From contig JBNGIO010006380.1 in the NCBI GenBank assembly GCA_049999805.1, positions 112,769 through 176,768 of the forward strand: a DNA stretch of 64,000 nt, given 5' to 3'. The stretch's first letter is position 1. The number at the start of each line of letters is the position of its first letter. Positions 58,901 through 64,000 of this stretch are shown here, piece by piece. This stretch comes from Folioceros fuciformis (Eukaryota). The position numbers and the translations under genes are program-made. Under the pieces are notes generated by a model. The model did no database searches. It was not told the origin of the DNA and saw only the letters and a program-made list of their open reading frames with translations.

Positions 58901-61900
58901 CCGCTCCATGGGTGGTCTGGGATCGTTCTTCTGATGCGACTACACAGGGACCATCAACTGGGTGGTTACGCTTGCTCTGGAGAAATGTATCCTCTACACC
59001 AGAGGAGCTGGCCCTTTTTGCGCAGTGGCCCCTGATACCATGTTCAATAGAAGGACCAGTGCTAGTTCGTGTTGGGCTTAGACAGCTTGTTTTTGTTCCA
59101 CCAAAGCGCCATCAGGAACAGGGCAATGGGTTATCTCCAATGATAACAGTTGATGACAGTCTGAGAGATATGCCAGTGACCCTGTCAAATGCAGGAGAGG
59201 CTGTAGATATTTGGTCCCAATCATTTGACTATCTGGAACAACAATACCCTTGGTTATTGCCTTTGTTAAGGAGGCTCAACGTGCCTGTATATGACCGGCA
59301 GTTTCTGGATTGCAGTGCACTGGAAAGCTGCATTGACACCCAAGAACTTTCCGTGGGGCAAACTGTTGTGGCCAAGCTATCCGCCCTTAGCCAGGCAAAC
59401 GGGTTGCCTTTGAATATTGTTCTAGCCCCCACTGATTGTGATGTTCTGTTTTCCCTCTTTTCCTCAACTACCTCAAACCTTCCTTCAGGCTCGAGCCCAC
59501 CAGTGTTTACTGCAGATGAGCTCAATTTGCTCAGGTTGCTACCAATATACAGGACTGTGAATGGAAGTTATGTGTCAGTTGACCAGGAGGTGCATTGTGT
59601 TATTCCACCGTCATCTTTTATGCAACCTGCGGATGACCAATGTCTGCAGTACCATTCTCTGTCAGAGGGTGGATCCCTATATCAAGCACTGGGAATTCGA
59701 GAACTCCCTGATCATGAGGTTATGTCAAGGTTTGCACTGCCAAGTTTTGAAAGTTTAAACGAAAGTGAGCAGGATTCCATTCTGACGTTTTTGTTTGCGA
59801 ATTGGGCGACTTTAAAGCAACATGACGCGGTTGTCAATACTTTGAAGCAGACAAAGTTTGTTCAAAGTGGTCGTGAGCCTCAGGTTGATGATGAGGGCTC
59901 AAATAGGCTATTTTGCCCTCCGGATCTTTTGGATCCTGAGAATGCCCTTCTAAAGCAGGTGTTTGCGACTGAGCTTGAAAAATTCCCTGGAAGACAGTTC
60001 GCATCAAGCGAGTGGCTCCGTATCCTTCGTGATGCAGGATTGCGATCTGCTACAGATGCAGGACTTTTGCTAGAATGTGCTAGAAAGGTGGAGGAGCTTG
60101 GAAGACGGGGCTCACAAGAGGTTGCAGATGGAGATGTATTTGAAGCAGATGTCTCCTCTGCAGCCTCTGAAGTCTCTTTGCAGGTTTGGACAGTAGCGGG
60201 AATGCTTGTTGACGCCATTCTGGGGAACTTTGCTTCTGTGTACAGCAGTAGCTTCTGCTCTCCTTTAAGACAGATAGCTTTCGTTCCAGCTGAAAGGGGA
60301 ATTCCCAGTACAGGTGGGGCAGTAAGCAAACGAGTTCTGGCGTCATACAGTGAGGCCGTCCTCCTAAAGGACTGGCCGCTGGCGTGGACATGCGCACCTG
60401 TACTTGCTAGGCCAGGGGTTGTACCACCCGAGTTCGCGTGGACATTATTGCAATTAAGGAGCCCTCCACCGTTCTCAGTTGTCTTGAAACATCTTCAGGT
60501 TGATTAAAGCGAGCTTTCTGATATCCCTGTTTCTTTCTTGATGCGCACTGTTCTTTTGGTTGCTCACCAACTGAGTTGGCTCCTTACTGCAAGTTGGTTG
60601 TCGAACTAGTGAGGTTGGCTTGGCAAGCAAAGGGGTCTAGGGGGATAACAGAGAACTATTACTTCGTACTTACGTAGTATGTTTTCTGTTGAACTAATAT
60701 GTAGGTTGTTGGTAAAAATGGAGGAGAAGACATTCTTGCCCGCTGGCCCAATGTGAGAGGAATGAGGTCGGTGGAGGATGCATTCATAGATGTACTCAAG
60801 TACCTTGCAAGTGTCTGGGATGGTCTTTCGACCTCAGGTGAGAGTTTGAGCGTGTTTATGCACCATGAGTATGCAGCTTAGGCTGACTGCTTTAGTGCAG
60901 GCAATTTGTAGGAGTTTGCTTTGTTCGGCAGACAGTCTGAAGTGTTAGGAGCTTTCCTTTCATGCAGATAAGGACGCGTTGTTGGGAGTTCATTTCATTC
61001 CTGTTGCTAATGGCACCCGCCTTGCTCCAGCAAGTTCCCTATATGCTCGACTGGGCATGGATCTTGCTCCGTTTGTATTTGAGCTGCCAAGTATATATCT
61101 TCCGTTCGTGAAAGTTCTGGGCTTGCTGGGAATGCAAGATGGCCCCACCTTTGCAAGCATGAGGACTCTTCTGTTTCAACTTGAAAGATCCTGTGGTTAT
61201 CAGCGACTAAATCCAAACGAGCTGCATGCTGTTTTGCGAATTCTGCAATTTTTATGCGACAATAGTGGCAGACTAATTGCAGGCCACATAAATGATCCGG
61301 CCGAAGATGCTGTTCTTCCTGATGATGGTGCCAGACTCTTGCGTGCCAAGGCTTGCGTATACGTAGATGCTCTAGGAGCAAGACTGGTTGGTGAAATTGA
61401 CTCGTCACGGGTTCGGTTTGTCCATCCAAATGTGGCAGAAGAGCTTAGTGTACAGCTTGGCGTCCGTAAGCTTTCAGATGTTGTGATTGAGGTACGCAGC
61501 TCCACCGGGACCTTGTAACTCACAAGCATGCCCTTCCAGTCTTTGTAGTGTCCTGCCTGATAGGCCTGACAGACTTTCCTCCGAAAGCTGGGCTGCGCTA
61601 GTTTTGATGTGCAATTTTCTTGATGCAGGAACTTGACGCGAACAGGTCTTTAGAGGTGCTGGACTCCATTGGGCCCTTCAAACTGGTGACCATGTCTGAA
61701 AAGCTGCGAAGCGAATCTTTCGCAGCAGCTGTCTGGTCACTCGTCCAGGACTCTGGTGATGTAGTAGCTCCCTTGAGACGACTGAGCATGGAACAGACAA
61801 GAAAGGCTTTGCATCTAGCAGCAGATGGCCTTAGGTTTGTTCGACGTCTCTATACTCGCTTCTTCATGTTACCCAGTCGTGTAGATGTGACTCTCAGATC

Positions 61901-63115
61901 ATCCAGCAAAATGATGGAAGACGACGGTCACAGGGTATATGAGTTCTGGGACAAGCCCAATAAACGTGTTCTTGTAGCTGAGCCTCCGGACTACGTGGAT
62001 CTTCCAGATTTGCTGGCTGTATCGGTAAGCCATATCTTAGGCAGCCCAGTCTGTCTTCCCTTGAATGTCTTGTTCAGGTCACCTGTGGGCCATGAAGCAA
62101 ATGCGCAGCGCGTTTTACGCTTGGGCCACGGCATTGCCCATGGCCACGAGAAAGGCTTCCTGCAACAGAGTGGTATACCAGGAATGGAAGTGATTCCAGC
62201 CGACGCTGCCCTTCTTCAGTGTCACCCGTTGAGACCATTTCATGACGGGGAGATCGTAGGATGGCGTTCAGATGGAGATGTGGGCTCACAGTTGAGATAT
62301 GGGCGAGTTGTGGAGGATGTACGCGCATCTGCAGGGCAAGCTTTATACAGGCTCCAGGTTGAAACAAGACCAGGAGAGCTCCAGTTCGTCCTCTCCTCTA
62401 ATGTGCTTTCATTCAAAGGGACTGCTTCAGCAGTTCAGGACTTCCCTAATCTTTACAACTCGCCCACCTCTGTGGCCCCCAACACTAAGCTTCCCAGTCG
62501 ACCAGGAGATCTGGTCAGACCAAACGTGGATGTGGCGATGACAGCTGATCTACCGTTGCAGGTATTGCCCGTTTCTCTCTCGAGTCACAGTAACTCATCA
62601 TTTGAAAAGTCGTTCGAAACTCGCTCACCTATCATTATCAACGGCAGGGTCCGATTGAGAACACACCATCAAGCGAAGTCCCTGCTGCCGAAGTAGTGCG
62701 GGCTGTGAAGGACATGCTTTCTGCAGTTGGAATGCCAGTTGGTCTCCAGCAACTTACACTGTTGGAGAAAAATTTGAGTTTGCAGGAACAGTTGACCGCT
62801 GCTGATACAGCTCTCTCTATAGAGCAGGTCTGTTTCTGCCTTTGATTTCTGTGCCAATTTGCTCATGCCTGTTTTGGGTCCCAAGAGTATCCCTCTTACG
62901 TTGGTTATCTCTTGCAGGAGAGAGCAGATGCAGCTGTGAAGGACGCCGAAGCAGCAAAAGCTGCATGGCAATGCAGAGTGTGTCTGAGCGCAGAGGTGGA
63001 CACCACCGTTGTGCCTTGCGGGCATGTTCTATGTCAGAGGTGTGCTGCTGCTGTCAGTCGGTGTCCCTTCTGCCGCCACGCTGTAGCCAAAGCTCTCCGG
63101 CTGTACCGGCCTTGA
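46946..63115 (+). CDS. SACS: Sacsin-like giant protein (three Hsp90-like ATPase sacsin repeats) with C-terminal C3HC4 RING finger
   Basis: FGQKVDLTQRIREVLTNYPEGTTILKELIQNADDAGA...GRFG|IGFNSVYH; second repeat FGQHEALTTRLKHIVEMYADGPGILCELVQNADDAGA; degenerate third repeat LLFDLLEIADSC; end WQCRVCLSAEVDTTVVPCGHVLCQRCAAAVSRCPFCR. One exon is about 6 kb. Confidence 0.95.
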
Positions 63116-63551
63116 CGAAAGATTCTTTTTAGTCCAAGACTCCGAGCTACAGAACATATGTACATAGATACAGAATTGTAGAAGGGCCACTGCCAGAGTC
63201 TGTCTATGCATCGGGTTCCGTCTTGATTAATTTCGTCTTTTGCAGTCGAAATGACTGCCGTACTTTAGGTGGGCGGGTGTGTGAACCCGTCTAGCGAAAT
63301 ACAGTCTTTCCCAAAGTGAAATGTGAAAGACGTGCCTTGAAAGAAAGTTCGGTAGGGTGTTCTTCAAGCATCCACCAACAGCTCATTCGAACGCGGCACT
63401 GTTAAGGATAGGTGGACATCGGGATTTGCTCGGCGGAATCATCAAAGGACGCTCAACGCGCAAGGAACGCGCTTTGTCACTTTCCACCTCACGACTGAAT
63501 AAGAGTGTAAGGCATCGCGATAGAGCTGGTGTAGTCCGATTCCATGTTTCC

Positions 63552-64000
63552 ATGGCGCAACCGAGGGTGGTTGTTGGTTTAGATTTCGGGTCGACGTTCT
63601 CAGGATTTGCGTACTCTCATCTGGCTGATCCGCAGGAGATTCACACGTTCTACGAATGGCCGATGCAGGCGAAAGGAGGTGGAAAGCCCTACTGCAAGAC
63701 GCAGACGAGCCTGTACTATGTGCGCAATGCCGGAAAGAGCAGGGCAGGGTCCGATCCCGAGTTTGTGCTCAAGGATTGGGCATGGCCGGCGCAGGTGCAG
63801 TATCTGGAAGCTCTGCAGGCAGCGTCCAAGAATCGGAACCAGCAGGCGGGGGATTCGGGGACGGTTTCGGTCAAAGGCCGGCAAGCTGCGTCCGCCAGTG
63901 CGCGGGATGTCCAGCAGGAGGTAGGCTTTTTCGTAAGAAGGTTTAAGCTGCATTTGGCAAGTGCATCTGACAGGCCGGACTTCAAGGAGTTCTCCCCGAA
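63552..64000 (+). CDS. HSPA12-like (divergent Hsp70 family) protein, N-terminus; runs off the window
   Basis: Not in the ORF track because there is no stop before the edge: MAQPRVVVGLDFGSTFSGFAYSHLADPQEIHTFYEWP...PYCKTQTSLYY...DWAWPA...FVRRFKLHL. DFGSTFSGFAY, WP, KTxTxLxY and FKLHL are HSPA12-type motifs. Confidence 0.85.
   Translation, partial: MAQPRVVVGLDFGSTFSGFAYSHLADPQEIHTFYEWPMQAKGGGKPYCKTQTSLYYVRNAGKSRAGSDPEFVLKDWAWPAQVQYLEALQAASKNRNQQAGDSGTVSVKGRQAASASARDVQQEVGFFVRRFKLHLASASDRPDFKEFSP

Noticed and set aside
46946-63115. Sacsin as a bacterial-type defence system
   Set aside because: Spliceosomal introns and the sacsin-RING architecture match the known conserved plant gene.

Overview
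Eukaryotic nuclear DNA from a gene-dense, short-intron (mostly about 60-120 nt) non-seed land plant. A hornwort (Anthoceros-like) is the best inference, from the compact organisation plus PLS-class PPR genes carrying the DYW:KP ('KPAxAxIEV...HAEKLA...DRx/DWH') deaminase variant linked to U-to-C organellar RNA editing. Genes in order: partial minus-strand gene at the left edge; Lhca5; repeat-rich relic with an inverted repeat; V-ATPase subunit E; multi-exon cyanobacterial-type F420-0:gamma-glutamyl ligase (CofE)-like gene with an acidic hexapeptide-repeat tail; GNA/bulb-lectin pseudogene; two tandem PPR-DYW:KP genes (14 and 32 PPR motifs); intronless TTC5 head-to-head with the larger PPR; PIG-O; decayed plastid/bacterial-type 23S rRNA fragment; K/R/S-rich protein; helical-bundle + ARM-repeat protein; intronless COX5b; about 6 kb AT-rich repeat/TE relic; giant sacsin-RING gene; start of an HSPA12-like Hsp70 gene. 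Two N gaps have duplicated flanks. All family calls come from motif recognition by eye; no searches were run.
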